A stretch of 36,086 bases of DNA, taken from UHGV virus genome UHGV-0136715; one strand, given 5' to 3'. The notes beneath the pieces were generated by a model. That model did no database searches. It was not told where the DNA came from and was given only the letters and a program-made list of their open reading frames with translations. This DNA is from a virus. Positions within the stretch are counted from its first letter, which is position 1, and every line of letters starts with the position of its first letter. Positions 1 to 7,684 of the stretch are shown here, piece after piece. Both the position numbers and the translations under genes were made by a program.

Positions 1-30
1 GCTCCACCATAGGAACATTAGCCGAACACC
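1..30 (+). other. att core GCTCCACCA plus right (P') arm of putative attP
   Basis: GCTCCACCA at 1-9 matches tRNA-Ala/tmRNA 3' ends. The reverse complement of 8-30 (GGTGTTC-ggct-AATGT-tcct-ATG) mirrors 36064-36086+1 (GGTGTTC-tccca-AATGT-gaac-ATG). Confidence 0.7.
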
Positions 31-97
31 ATGGCTCGGCTATTACGTGGCATGGCGCACGCTCGTCATAGTCGCAAGATACAAGAAGACCCCCTGA
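1..97 (+). CDS. C-terminal segment of the serine integrase in the circular form (LHHRNISRTPWLGYYVAWRTLVIVARYKKTP*)
   Basis: When base 36086 is joined to base 1, the integrase frame stays open to TGA at 95-97, inside the terminator hairpin. Confidence 0.6.
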   Translation, partial: LHHRNISRTPWLGYYVAWRTLVIVARYKKTP

Positions 98-111
98 TGC
101 AGGGGGTCTTC
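85..111. terminator. Probable bidirectional intrinsic terminator between endolysin and integrase ends
   Basis: Perfect 12-bp stem GAAGACCCCCTG / CAGGGGGTCTTC with ATG loop, pyrimidine-rich tails on both strands. Confidence 0.75.
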
Positions 112-134
112 CTCTTTCTGGTGCCTGGTGCAGC

Positions 135-989
135 CTAGACCTTGAGCAAGTAGTCATCCGCAGCGGGTCCGCCTGTAGGCTTGCCGACCGCCACGTACCG
201 CTTCTTGCCGGACGATGCGCCGGTGTAGCGTCCCCACACCCACCCATCGGCGATTTTGTACCAGTCATCCAGCACCACGGTCTGGCCCTTGGAGTAGCTG
301 GCCACAACGTTGCCGCTGAGGCTCGGAGCATCGCGCACGTTCAGAGAGTTGACCTGGCAGCGGTACTTGCCGCCGAATCCCGTTCCGGTCTTCTCAGCCG
401 AGGTTGATGCAGAGGGGGCGGCAGGCTGAGCCGCAGGCTTCTGCGCGGGCTGAGAGGGCTGCGGGTTGGTGGCCAAGATGCCGACGCCTGCGGCCTCCAA
501 GATGGCATCGGCGATCTCGGTAGTTCGGGAATCGAAGATCGCGCGGTCCTCGGCGTTGGAGATAAAGCCGACCTCCGCGAGGCGGTAGTTGATGCCGCGA
601 TTGGCGGCGCGCTTCGGGTTGGCCAAGTCGGTGCGCTTCACGATGGTCTGCGAGCGCCCCGGCAGGATGGCGGCCAGCTTCGAGGCCAGCGCCTTGTCGA
701 AGTCATCGGCATCGAACCCGCCATAGATGATGACGTGCGCTCCTCGCGCGCTCTCCGCTGCCGAATCGCGGTGAAGTTCCAGCAGCATGGCGCCGCTCGG
801 AAGGGTCAGGCTGTTGATGCCGCCGTCGGCGTACCAGTTGCGGGAGGTGTCCAGCACCTCCACGTCGGAGCCGCCGCGCTCCTTGATGATTCTCGCGAGG
901 TAGCGGACGCGCTCCTCCTCGGTCTGCCCGCCGGCGCATGCGCCAGGGTCGCCAGCGCCGTGGCCGCAGATGATGTACAGCTTTGCCAT
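135..989 (-). CDS. Endolysin: N-acetylmuramoyl-L-alanine amidase (Amidase_3-like) with C-terminal SH3b-type domain
   Basis: N-terminal ICGHG...E, LELHRDS and LAEVGFISN motifs, a P/Q/A-rich linker, then LNVRDAPS...DGWVWGRY; last gene of the lysis cassette. Confidence 0.9.
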   Translation of the reverse strand: MAKLYIICGHGAGDPGACAGGQTEEERVRYLARIIKERGGSDVEVLDTSRNWYADGGINSLTLPSGAMLLELHRDSAAESARGAHVIIYGGFDADDFDKALASKLAAILPGRSQTIVKRTDLANPKRAANRGINYRLAEVGFISNAEDRAIFDSRTTEIADAILEAAGVGILATNPQPSQPAQKPAAQPAAPSASTSAEKTGTGFGGKYRCQVNSLNVRDAPSLSGNVVASYSKGQTVVLDDWYKIADGWVWGRYTGASSGKKRYVAVGKPTGGPAADDYLLKV

Positions 990-998
990 ATCGGCCTC

Positions 999-1274
999 CT
1001 ATTCGTTCCAGTAGATCGACGGCAGCCCCCAGTCCACGTAGTACATGCCGTCGAACCAGTAGCTTCCGACCCCTGATTCGCGCGCCCACTCCTTCTCCTG
1101 TGGGGTGAGGAGGTCGCGATCTCGCACTTGGTTGGCCAGCGCCATCACGTCGGGGGTCGGAGGCTTCGGATGCCATTGCGACGTGAGAACCAAGGCGGCG
1201 CCAATGCCTACGGTGAGCATGAGCGCCGTGATCGAGTAGAACAGGGCGCGCTTAACCCTCTGCTCCCGTGGCAT
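999..1274 (-). CDS. Small membrane-anchored protein in the lysis cassette (91 aa)
   Basis: ATG at 1274 with GGAGG RBS; basic N-terminus, one hydrophobic helix (ALFYSITALMLTVGIGAALVL), aromatic C-terminus. Confidence 0.65.
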   Translation of the reverse strand: MPREQRVKRALFYSITALMLTVGIGAALVLTSQWHPKPPTPDVMALANQVRDRDLLTPQEKEWARESGVGSYWFDGMYYVDWGLPSIYWNE

Positions 1275-1689
1275 GGTCTTCCTCCACTTCCACGGTGAGG
1301 TCTGGGGCTGCCGGGTCGTGCGGTTTGAGCGATTTGATGACCGGCAGGGCGGCAATATGCGGGTTGAGCGTGCACAGGTTCTCGCACACGCTTACGATCT
1401 CTGTGGCCACGATGAAGATGCACGCGCCCGAAACGGCGGGGAGTTCGGGGATGGTCACGCCAAGCCCGACGGCATCTGCCTCGAAGTTCATCCATACGGC
1501 GGCCACCTCGTAGATGAACGCCAGGGCGATCAGCCCGAAGAAGCCGGCCTTGTGCCAAAGCCCCTCGCGCATCTTGCCCGATTCGACGGTCTGGTTCTTT
1601 GCAGCCCCAGCGAAGCCCGTGACAATATCGAGAATCATCATCACAGAGGCCACGACGATAGGCTGCCATTGGATGGCTAGCTCTTCCAT
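1252..1689 (-). CDS. Phage holin (holin 4-1-like)
   Basis: LDIVTG...SGKMREGLWHK...EIVSVCENL signature, three hydrophobic segments, upstream of the endolysin. Confidence 0.88.
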   Translation of the reverse strand: MEELAIQWQPIVVASVMMILDIVTGFAGAAKNQTVESGKMREGLWHKAGFFGLIALAFIYEVAAVWMNFEADAVGLGVTIPELPAVSGACIFIVATEIVSVCENLCTLNPHIAALPVIKSLKPHDPAAPDLTVEVEEDHATGAEG

Positions 1690-1690
1690 G

Positions 1691-1990
1691 CTATTCCTCT
1701 TTCTGTTCGGGGGTTGTCGGTGCCTCGTCCGCAGGCTCCTCGGTGACGGTCACCACAGGCTCATCGTCCTCGGCCGTCATGGCTTCCAGTTCGTTGATGC
1801 GCTTGCGGCAGTCCTTCCGCAGCTTGATGGTGTGGACGATCTCCTGGCCGGCGTTGGCCAAGGCGCTGAGCAGTTCAGCAATGCCCTCCGCCGCGAAGAT
1901 GTCCTCGATAGCCCGCAGAATCTGGTAGTCGGTCTGGTCGAGGATGTTCTTGTTGGCGTTGATCTCGCCCTCGATTTCCTGGCGCTTCAC
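1691..1990 (-). CDS. Small phage tail-associated protein (tail fibre chaperone-like)
   Basis: GTG start with AGGAGG RBS; L..TDY..L..IE...R...R.RINELE pattern of small genes found after tail fibre genes. Confidence 0.6.
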   Translation of the reverse strand: MKRQEIEGEINANKNILDQTDYQILRAIEDIFAAEGIAELLSALANAGQEIVHTIKLRKDCRKRINELEAMTAEDDEPVVTVTEEPADEAPTTPEQKEE

Positions 1991-2023
1991 GTGGGTCCTC
2001 CTTTCTGTTCTTCGGATGGACCC

Positions 2024-2042
2024 ACTTTATTGAGGGTGTCGC
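2024..2042 (-). promoter_or_regulatory. Putative late-promoter motif GCGACAC-N7-AAAGT upstream of the lysis cassette
   Basis: The same motif and spacing recur at 11549-11567, 15473-15491 and 21334-21352. Confidence 0.5.
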
Positions 2043-2077
2043 TTTACGCCGCCAGGGGCAGTTCCCTCACTTCGATT

Positions 2078-3214
2078 TCAGTGAGACCCCCCCCGGAAAG
2101 TGTTTACCGGGTGGAACAATTCGCGGTAGAGCGCGTCCATGCTCTCCACGGTCTTCTGCGCGTCTATGTGCTTCATGCTGCCGCGCCACGATTGATAGGC
2201 GGCGTAGGCCTGCTCCTCCGTCATCGCCCCGCGCCCTACCAGCTTGGCCATGGCCTTCAACTTCCGGCGCATCTTCGTGATGGAGGAGCGGCATGGCTTC
2301 ACGACCACCTTGCCAGTCTCGGAGTAGAAGAACCGCTTCTTGAGGAAGGTGAAGCCACGGGACAGCTTCACGATGCGCGTCTTCTTGGTGTTCAGCCTCA
2401 TGCCCCTGGCGGCACATAGCGCCTCGATGCAGCCCAACACCGTCTGCAGGTGCTCCTTGCTCGTGTGGATGGCATAGAGGTCATCCATGTAGCGGCCATA
2501 GGCCTCAACGCCGCAGCACTCGGTGACGAAGTGGTCGATCGGGCTGAGATAGGCCACCGCGTGTATCTGGTTCGGCTCGTCTCCGAGGCCGAGGCCGACC
2601 TCCCCCTGCCGGTCTACGAAATGGGTGCCCAGCGCCTTGAGGCGCGGGTCATCGAACTGCTCAAGTATCTCCTTGGCATGCTCGTGGTCGATGCTCGCGA
2701 AGTATTTGGAGATGTCCACGAGCAGGATGTAGCCGTCGGTTCCGTGCTTTCGGAAGTGCCTGGCCATGTGGTGCTTCACGTGTTGGATGGCGTAGAGGGT
2801 GCCGCGCCCCTTCACGTTGGCGTAGTTGTTCGCGATGAGGGTGGGCACCACGGCGGGCACCAGTGCGTTTTGGCAATATGATTTCTTGATCACCCGCTCG
2901 TATATCTTCACGGCGGAGATTTCGCGGCGCACGCCCTGCTCGTATATAACGAAGTCGTTGGTCGGCCGGCAGAAGTCCACGCCGTTGAGGATGTCGGCGC
3001 GCGCCTTGGTGATGTTCCGCAGGATGTGCACGAGGTAGGTCTGTATGCTCGCCTTCCACTTCACGTTGCGGCCGCACTGCTTGGCGGCGATGTAGAGGGC
3101 GTTGGGGTCGACTATGCGCTCAAGGGTGCAGTTCCTCACGCGCTCGGCTCGCTTCGCCGCGCGCTTCTCCTCGCGCCTCTTGCGCCTTGCCGCACGTCTT
3201 TCCTCGGAGTTCAT
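2078..3214 (-). CDS. DGR reverse transcriptase (about 378 aa)
   Basis: LLVDISKYFASIDH, GLGLGDEPNQ, YGRYMDD and GFTFLKKRF motifs; basic MNSEERR N-terminus; directly downstream of TR and avd. Confidence 0.95.
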   Translation of the reverse strand: MNSEERRAARRKRREEKRAAKRAERVRNCTLERIVDPNALYIAAKQCGRNVKWKASIQTYLVHILRNITKARADILNGVDFCRPTNDFVIYEQGVRREISAVKIYERVIKKSYCQNALVPAVVPTLIANNYANVKGRGTLYAIQHVKHHMARHFRKHGTDGYILLVDISKYFASIDHEHAKEILEQFDDPRLKALGTHFVDRQGEVGLGLGDEPNQIHAVAYLSPIDHFVTECCGVEAYGRYMDDLYAIHTSKEHLQTVLGCIEALCAARGMRLNTKKTRIVKLSRGFTFLKKRFFYSETGKVVVKPCRSSITKMRRKLKAMAKLVGRGAMTEEQAYAAYQSWRGSMKHIDAQKTVESMDALYRELFHPVNTFRGGSH

Positions 3215-3425
3215 GAGTGCGCCCCGCACGGCTCCCAATGGAGCGTTCTGCCAGCCGCTTGAAGGGTCGGCATGAAACGGCGCGGAACGTCCAACGCACC
3301 GCCATGCAAGCAGCGTCCGCCGCCCTCCGCGAGGCGCTTATTGACGGGGGTGACCCCGAAGGTTGCGCATCCCTTCCTCTTTGGCACAGCGTTCGCAAAG
3401 CTACTAGGACGGGCCGTAAGTGAAT
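3215..3425 (-). ncRNA. TR-RT spacer, probable structured 3' part of the DGR template RNA
   Basis: About 210 nt of GC-rich non-coding sequence between TR and the RT start. Role inferred from the BPP-1 spacer needed for priming. Confidence 0.5.
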
Positions 3426-3545
3426 CAGGGCGCCACACCGATCGTGCCATTCGAGCACGTATTGTTGTTGGCATTGCCGTTGGCGTTGGCGTAGCACGCG
3501 TTGGTCGAGTTGAGGCCCGACACGCAGCGCAGCCACACGTTAGAC
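3426..3545 (-). repeat. DGR template repeat (TR)
   Basis: 120-bp copy of VR in the avd-RT intergenic region; 25 adenines on the coding strand and 10 AAC/AAT codons in the VR frame. Confidence 0.96.
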
Positions 3546-3572
3546 GAACTTGCGACGCGCAACCTGCGGCCA

Positions 3573-4124
3573 TTATAGCCGCACCCCGCTCTGCATGGCC
3601 ACGAGGTCCCGTAGGCGCTGCGCTTCCGCCTCGGCAGCGGCCAACTTGCCCTCAGCGTCTTCCTTTCCGATCAGCTTCACGCCGTTCTTCGCGCCTTGCA
3701 GAAGGTCGATCTCCTCGTCAAGGAGTTCCAGCAAGCGGTTGAGCTCGTTGATGTTCACGCCCGCCCCTTTGCGCGGCTTCTGCTCGCCGTCTTCCGTTTC
3801 CGCAGGCTTCGCCGGCCCTTGGCGCACCTCGATCAGGCAGGCGATGATGTCATATAGCGCGTTGGCGTCTCCCATGGCAAGGGCGAGGTGCTTCTTGCGC
3901 TCGATCACGCCCCAGGACGTGTTGGGGTAGAACGCATCCGACCGCTCGATGTTCTCGACCATCGAGAGGGCTGCGTTGCACATGGGAACACCGAAGGTGA
4001 AGCGGTACGACTTCGGCACCACGCTCTCCTTGTGGGCAAGCCGCGCGGTTTCCGCGTAGATGGCCTGCGCCTTGATGAAGAACTCCATGCGCGAGAGGCT
4101 GCGCTTCCTCGCCAGCACTGTCAT
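3573..4124 (-). CDS. avd: DGR accessory variability determinant (Avd-like, 183 aa)
   Basis: ATG at 4124 with GGAGG RBS; MTVLARKRSLSRMEFF...PKSYRFTFG...R helical-bundle pattern; lies between target and TR. Confidence 0.85.
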   Translation of the reverse strand: MTVLARKRSLSRMEFFIKAQAIYAETARLAHKESVVPKSYRFTFGVPMCNAALSMVENIERSDAFYPNTSWGVIERKKHLALAMGDANALYDIIACLIEVRQGPAKPAETEDGEQKPRKGAGVNINELNRLLELLDEEIDLLQGAKNGVKLIGKEDAEGKLAAAEAEAQRLRDLVAMQSGVRL

Positions 4125-4156
4125 CGGGGACCTCCAAAAAATGAAAAATTGCAACG

Positions 4157-4202
4157 ACCCGCTTCGCGGGTAAAGACCAGAGGCCGCGCGAGGCGGCCTC
4201 TG
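4157..4202. promoter_or_regulatory. Two hairpins/cruciforms downstream of VR (DGR target-recognition elements)
   Basis: CAGAGGCCGC-gcgag-GCGGCCTCTG (4178-4202, 10-bp stem) and ACCCGC-ttc-GCGGGT (4157-4171, 6-bp stem). Confidence 0.75.
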
Positions 4203-4226
4203 TAAAGTATAAGGTACGGCTGATTC

Positions 4227-5177
4227 TCAGCCTATGAGGAAGCAGGGCGCCACACCGATCGTGCCATTCGAGCACGCAGAGTAGTGGGCAAGGCCGTTGG
4301 CGGTGGCGTAGCACGCGGTGGTCGAGTGGAGGCCCGACACGCAGCGCAGCCACACGGTAGACCTTGCTCCGTCGGGGGTGCGGAAGATGCGGTCGCTCGG
4401 CGTCTCGAAGATGGGCAGCTTCGAGACCATGGGGCTGCCGTATCGGCTGCCCCAGTAGACGCAGCCGTACATTTCGCCCTCGTCGGGAAGCCACAGGCGC
4501 CCGATGTTCTTCCACGACCACGTGGTGGAATCGGTCAGCTTCGAGGATGCGCTGTAGCGGTGCTCCATGAGGGCGATGCGCTCCTTCATCACGGCGCGCA
4601 CCTCGGCGGGGAACTTGGGGAGCAGCGTGTTGGTGAGGTAGCGGTACACGTTGCTGGCGAGGTAGGGGTTAGGCTCCGCAGCCGTTCCGTTGTTGTCGTT
4701 GGTGGTGTTCCACTGGACGCGCTCAGGGAAGGCGAGGTTAGGGACCATGAGGAGGCTCGGGCCTTGCTCGGGGTCGCAGCAGTCGCGGTCGTAGTCGAAC
4801 GCTCCAATTCTGTAGTTGTAGGTGTTGGATTCGACCTGCAGGGGCACGTAGTCGCGATGGCGGAGGCCTGCGTATGCCTTCTTTCCCACGCTGCCGCTGA
4901 GGTCAACGCGGTCGGCAAGGTACTCCCATGCGTTCGCGTAGCCGTTGGCGATCTCGTCCTCGAACAGCACCTCGATATTGCGGCCCTCGAACGTGTTGTT
5001 CGCCTGCTGGGTGTTCAGCAGGATGGGGCCGCCACGGAAGTCCTCGTCCACTTCCTCAAGCGCCAGAATCTTGCGCTCCTGCTCGTCAATGAGCGCCCGC
5101 GCCTGAGAGTCCACGATCTCTCGCTTCTCGCGAACGCCCTCGGCGTTGATGAATGACAAGCTGTTTACCTGTGCCAT
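4227..5177 (-). CDS. DGR target protein, probable receptor-binding protein with C-terminal CLec-type (DUF6273-like) domain
   Basis: VR encodes the C-terminus VWLRC...GVAPCFLIG; upstream LWLPDEGEMYG; last gene of the tail module; ATG at 5177 with RBS. Confidence 0.88.
   Translation of the reverse strand: MAQVNSLSFINAEGVREKREIVDSQARALIDEQERKILALEEVDEDFRGGPILLNTQQANNTFEGRNIEVLFEDEIANGYANAWEYLADRVDLSGSVGKKAYAGLRHRDYVPLQVESNTYNYRIGAFDYDRDCCDPEQGPSLLMVPNLAFPERVQWNTTNDNNGTAAEPNPYLASNVYRYLTNTLLPKFPAEVRAVMKERIALMEHRYSASSKLTDSTTWSWKNIGRLWLPDEGEMYGCVYWGSRYGSPMVSKLPIFETPSDRIFRTPDGARSTVWLRCVSGLHSTTACYATANGLAHYSACSNGTIGVAPCFLIG
4243..4362 (-). repeat. DGR variable repeat (VR)
   Basis: 109 of 120 bases identical to TR with no indels; all 11 differences are at TR adenines. 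Confidence 0.96.
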
Positions 5178-5181
5178 GTTG

Positions 5182-5868
5182 CTACTCTCCAATCATTAGG
5201 GTGAAGGTTTCCTCGTCCATGCTGGCCGCCTTGAAGATGGCGGTCTCATCGTCTTCGTAGCCGGCCACGTCGAAGGACGCATACAGCACGTCCATGACCG
5301 CCCAGATGTCACCGCTCTCGCGGGTGAGGCGGTTGGTCAGCTGCCCGATGGCCTCCATCACGGAGTCCATATCGAAGCCTGCGGAGTGAATCGCGTCGAT
5401 GATGGCCTGCGCCTCGCGCGCGAGCACAAGCGCCTGCGCGATGGTCTCGTCAATGTCCCGGCATGCGCTGAGCACCTTCCAGAGAACGTCCTCGGTGACT
5501 TCGGGCAGAAGCGTGTCGTACACGTCGCCGCTCTCGTTGATGAGGAAGGGGCGCTCCATCTTCTGGGTGACGATGCGCTGCTCGTCTCCGAGATAGCCGA
5601 TGATGGTGACGAAGAGCCGCCCTTGGGTGAGCAGCACGTTGGCCGGAATCTCGCATTGGCCGGATGTGACCTCGATGGGGTTGCTGCGCTCGCCGTCGGC
5701 GGCGTTGACGAAGATGGCCACGATGTCGGTCATGTAGTCCCATTCGTCATCCCATGCGACGCGCAGCACGTCGCCGCGCACGCAGTTCTGCACCCATCGG
5801 TCGTTGCGCGGGTAGGTTATCTTTCGGTCCACGATGCGCACGTCGTGGGTTCTTGCGTTTCTAGGCAT
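5182..5868 (-). CDS. Baseplate upper protein-like (BppU-type N-terminal domain)
   Basis: LRVAWDDEWD...AIF...CEIPANVL...GRLFVTIIG pattern; sits between Tal-like gene and the target gene. Confidence 0.6.
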   Translation of the reverse strand: MPRNARTHDVRIVDRKITYPRNDRWVQNCVRGDVLRVAWDDEWDYMTDIVAIFVNAADGERSNPIEVTSGQCEIPANVLLTQGRLFVTIIGYLGDEQRIVTQKMERPFLINESGDVYDTLLPEVTEDVLWKVLSACRDIDETIAQALVLAREAQAIIDAIHSAGFDMDSVMEAIGQLTNRLTRESGDIWAVMDVLYASFDVAGYEDDETAIFKAASMDEETFTLMIGE

Positions 5869-5879
5869 GCCCTTCCTTC

Positions 5880-7046
5880 CTATAGTCCGAGCATCTTCTC
5901 AAGCTGTGCCACCTTGGATGCTAGGGCTGCTGTCGCTTGGGATGACTGCTTCGCTGTGGAATTGCCGAAGTCCACGCTTGATGCGTGCGGCTCGTTGATG
6001 TCGATGGTCTGCTTGATGATCTCAAGAGGCTCATCCAGGCCCACCAGGTGGTTGCGGCACGGGTACCAGTCCAGCAGGCTCAGCTCGTCGGGCGCCTTGT
6101 CGATGAGCGAGAGGTCGTAGACGCTCACGGCGGCGGAGTGGGGGAATCGGTTGTTCTCGGCGAGCCACGAGCGCGCGGCGCTCAGCAGGTTGGCCGGCTG
6201 GGTCACGTCATCCCAGGTCTGCGTTCCTTCGAGGATGCCGTACTTCGCAAGCGCGTCGGCATCGTCGATGTACTGGCGCCCTCCGTTGACGCTGGCCACC
6301 GTGATGCGGTCCTCGCTGTCTTCCAGCTTCGCCCCCAGCGGGTAGAGGCGCGTGATGACCTGGGTGGGGTCCTCGTCCATGGAGACGCTGGCCATGTTGC
6401 GCGCCACCTCTACGGGTGTCTCGCGGTCGCGCCCCAGCTTCTTGCTGTAGTCCAGATAGAGCAGGCCGTCCGCCTCGTTGCGGCGCACGCGCATCTCGCC
6501 ACCGAACACGTCCACCAGCTTGCCGAACAGGGTCTCGCGCGTGGTATCGCGCTGCAGCCCCTTGTACACGCCGCCGGTGGTCTCGTAGGTCACGAGGTCA
6601 ACGTTGCCGCGATAGACCCGCTTGTGCGGCTCCACGCGCTCGTTGTGGCGCGCGAGCACGTAGTCGATGAACTCTTGCAGGCCGGTGCGCCCGTTGCCTC
6701 CCGACCACTGGCGCTCCGCCAGGTACGGCTGGGTCGAATCGCATAGGTACGCCTCCACGCCCTCGCAGAGCACCGCCTTGGATATGAGGCCGTTGCCGTC
6801 CATGGAGCCTGGAGCCTTCACGACGCGCCCATCGAAGTCCAGGCGGCCGGTCTTGCCATTGCGCACCTGGATGGTGGTGGTCATGCTATCAAGGAGCGCA
6901 TAGCCCGGATTGTCCGGGTAGATCGTGAAGGCCATGCTGTCGATGGCGTTGCGCTCCTTCGAGATTTGAGCGCCGGCGATGCGCTCGTAGCGGTCGTGGA
7001 TGTTGACCGATTCGCTGCCGTTGGTGATGGTGACCGTGTAGAGCAT
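5880..7046 (-). CDS. Tail hub / Tal-like (prophage endopeptidase-tail type) protein
   Basis: FTIYPDNPGY, FDGRV, ITRLYPLG and AKYGI motifs; follows Dit. Confidence 0.8.
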   Translation of the reverse strand: MLYTVTITNGSESVNIHDRYERIAGAQISKERNAIDSMAFTIYPDNPGYALLDSMTTTIQVRNGKTGRLDFDGRVVKAPGSMDGNGLISKAVLCEGVEAYLCDSTQPYLAERQWSGGNGRTGLQEFIDYVLARHNERVEPHKRVYRGNVDLVTYETTGGVYKGLQRDTTRETLFGKLVDVFGGEMRVRRNEADGLLYLDYSKKLGRDRETPVEVARNMASVSMDEDPTQVITRLYPLGAKLEDSEDRITVASVNGGRQYIDDADALAKYGILEGTQTWDDVTQPANLLSAARSWLAENNRFPHSAAVSVYDLSLIDKAPDELSLLDWYPCRNHLVGLDEPLEIIKQTIDINEPHASSVDFGNSTAKQSSQATAALASKVAQLEKMLGL

Positions 7047-7684
7047 TACATGCGCTCCTCGAACCAGCGGATGAGCGCGGGGCCTCCGTCCACCTCGATC
7101 TCCACCATGCCGGCCTCAAGGCAGAGGCTCGTCACCTGCTCCTTGCGGACCGTGGCGCTCTCGCCTCCCACGGTAATCGTCGCCCAGTCGCGCAGCGGCT
7201 TGGCGGTCAGGCGCACGGCCCTGCCCTCGTTGATGACGTAGTTGGTGCCGACCTCAAGCGTGGCGGTGCTCTCATCGTCGGCAACCATGAAGGGGTACAG
7301 GTCGAAGGTGGCGGTCACCGTCGCGCGCACTCCGCTCTTGGCGTGCTCCCATTTGGTGGATGTGCAGCTGCCGTGGTTGTGGAACTCCTCGAACATGCTG
7401 TCGCGGATGTCCGTGTTGCAGATGCCGGAGAGCCATTCGATGAACTCGCGCACGCCCTCCATCAGCTCGCTGATGCCCTTGAAGTCCTTGGCGAAGGTGT
7501 ACTCGATGGACTTCTCGCCGTAGAACGGCTCGCCGTACACGCCGGTGTAGTCGAGCGAGCCGTTCGCGTAGGGCACGGTCACCTTGGTGGTGCGCAGCTG
7601 CGGCGGCGTCTCAACCCTGTCGATGAGCCGCCACCCGAAGTCATCCAGGGAGTGATAGCCCGCTACGCTGATGCCGTGGTTCAT
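7046..7684 (-). CDS. Distal tail protein (Dit)
   Basis: HSLDDFG...VTVPYANGSLDY pattern; directly after the tape measure gene. Confidence 0.75.
   Translation of the reverse strand: MNHGISVAGYHSLDDFGWRLIDRVETPPQLRTTKVTVPYANGSLDYTGVYGEPFYGEKSIEYTFAKDFKGISELMEGVREFIEWLSGICNTDIRDSMFEEFHNHGSCTSTKWEHAKSGVRATVTATFDLYPFMVADDESTATLEVGTNYVINEGRAVRLTAKPLRDWATITVGGESATVRKEQVTSLCLEAGMVEIEVDGGPALIRWFEERM

Larger units (their letters stand above)
2078..5177 (-). mobile_element. Diversity-generating retroelement cassette: target(VR) - hairpins - avd - TR - RT
   Basis: All components are present in BPP-1-like order, with adenine-specific TR/VR mismatches. Confidence 0.96.

Noticed and set aside
1..9. tRNA or tmRNA gene
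   Set aside because: Only the terminal 9 nt are present; reported as an att core instead.
2078..3214. Group II intron, retron or Abi-type RT
   Set aside because: The TR/VR pair and avd explain it as a DGR RT; no maturase or endonuclease extension is visible.
3120..3573. ORFs 3120-3536 and 3211-3573 across TR
   Set aside because: They overlap the template RNA and spacer, lack a clear RBS, and look like GC-rich shadow ORFs.
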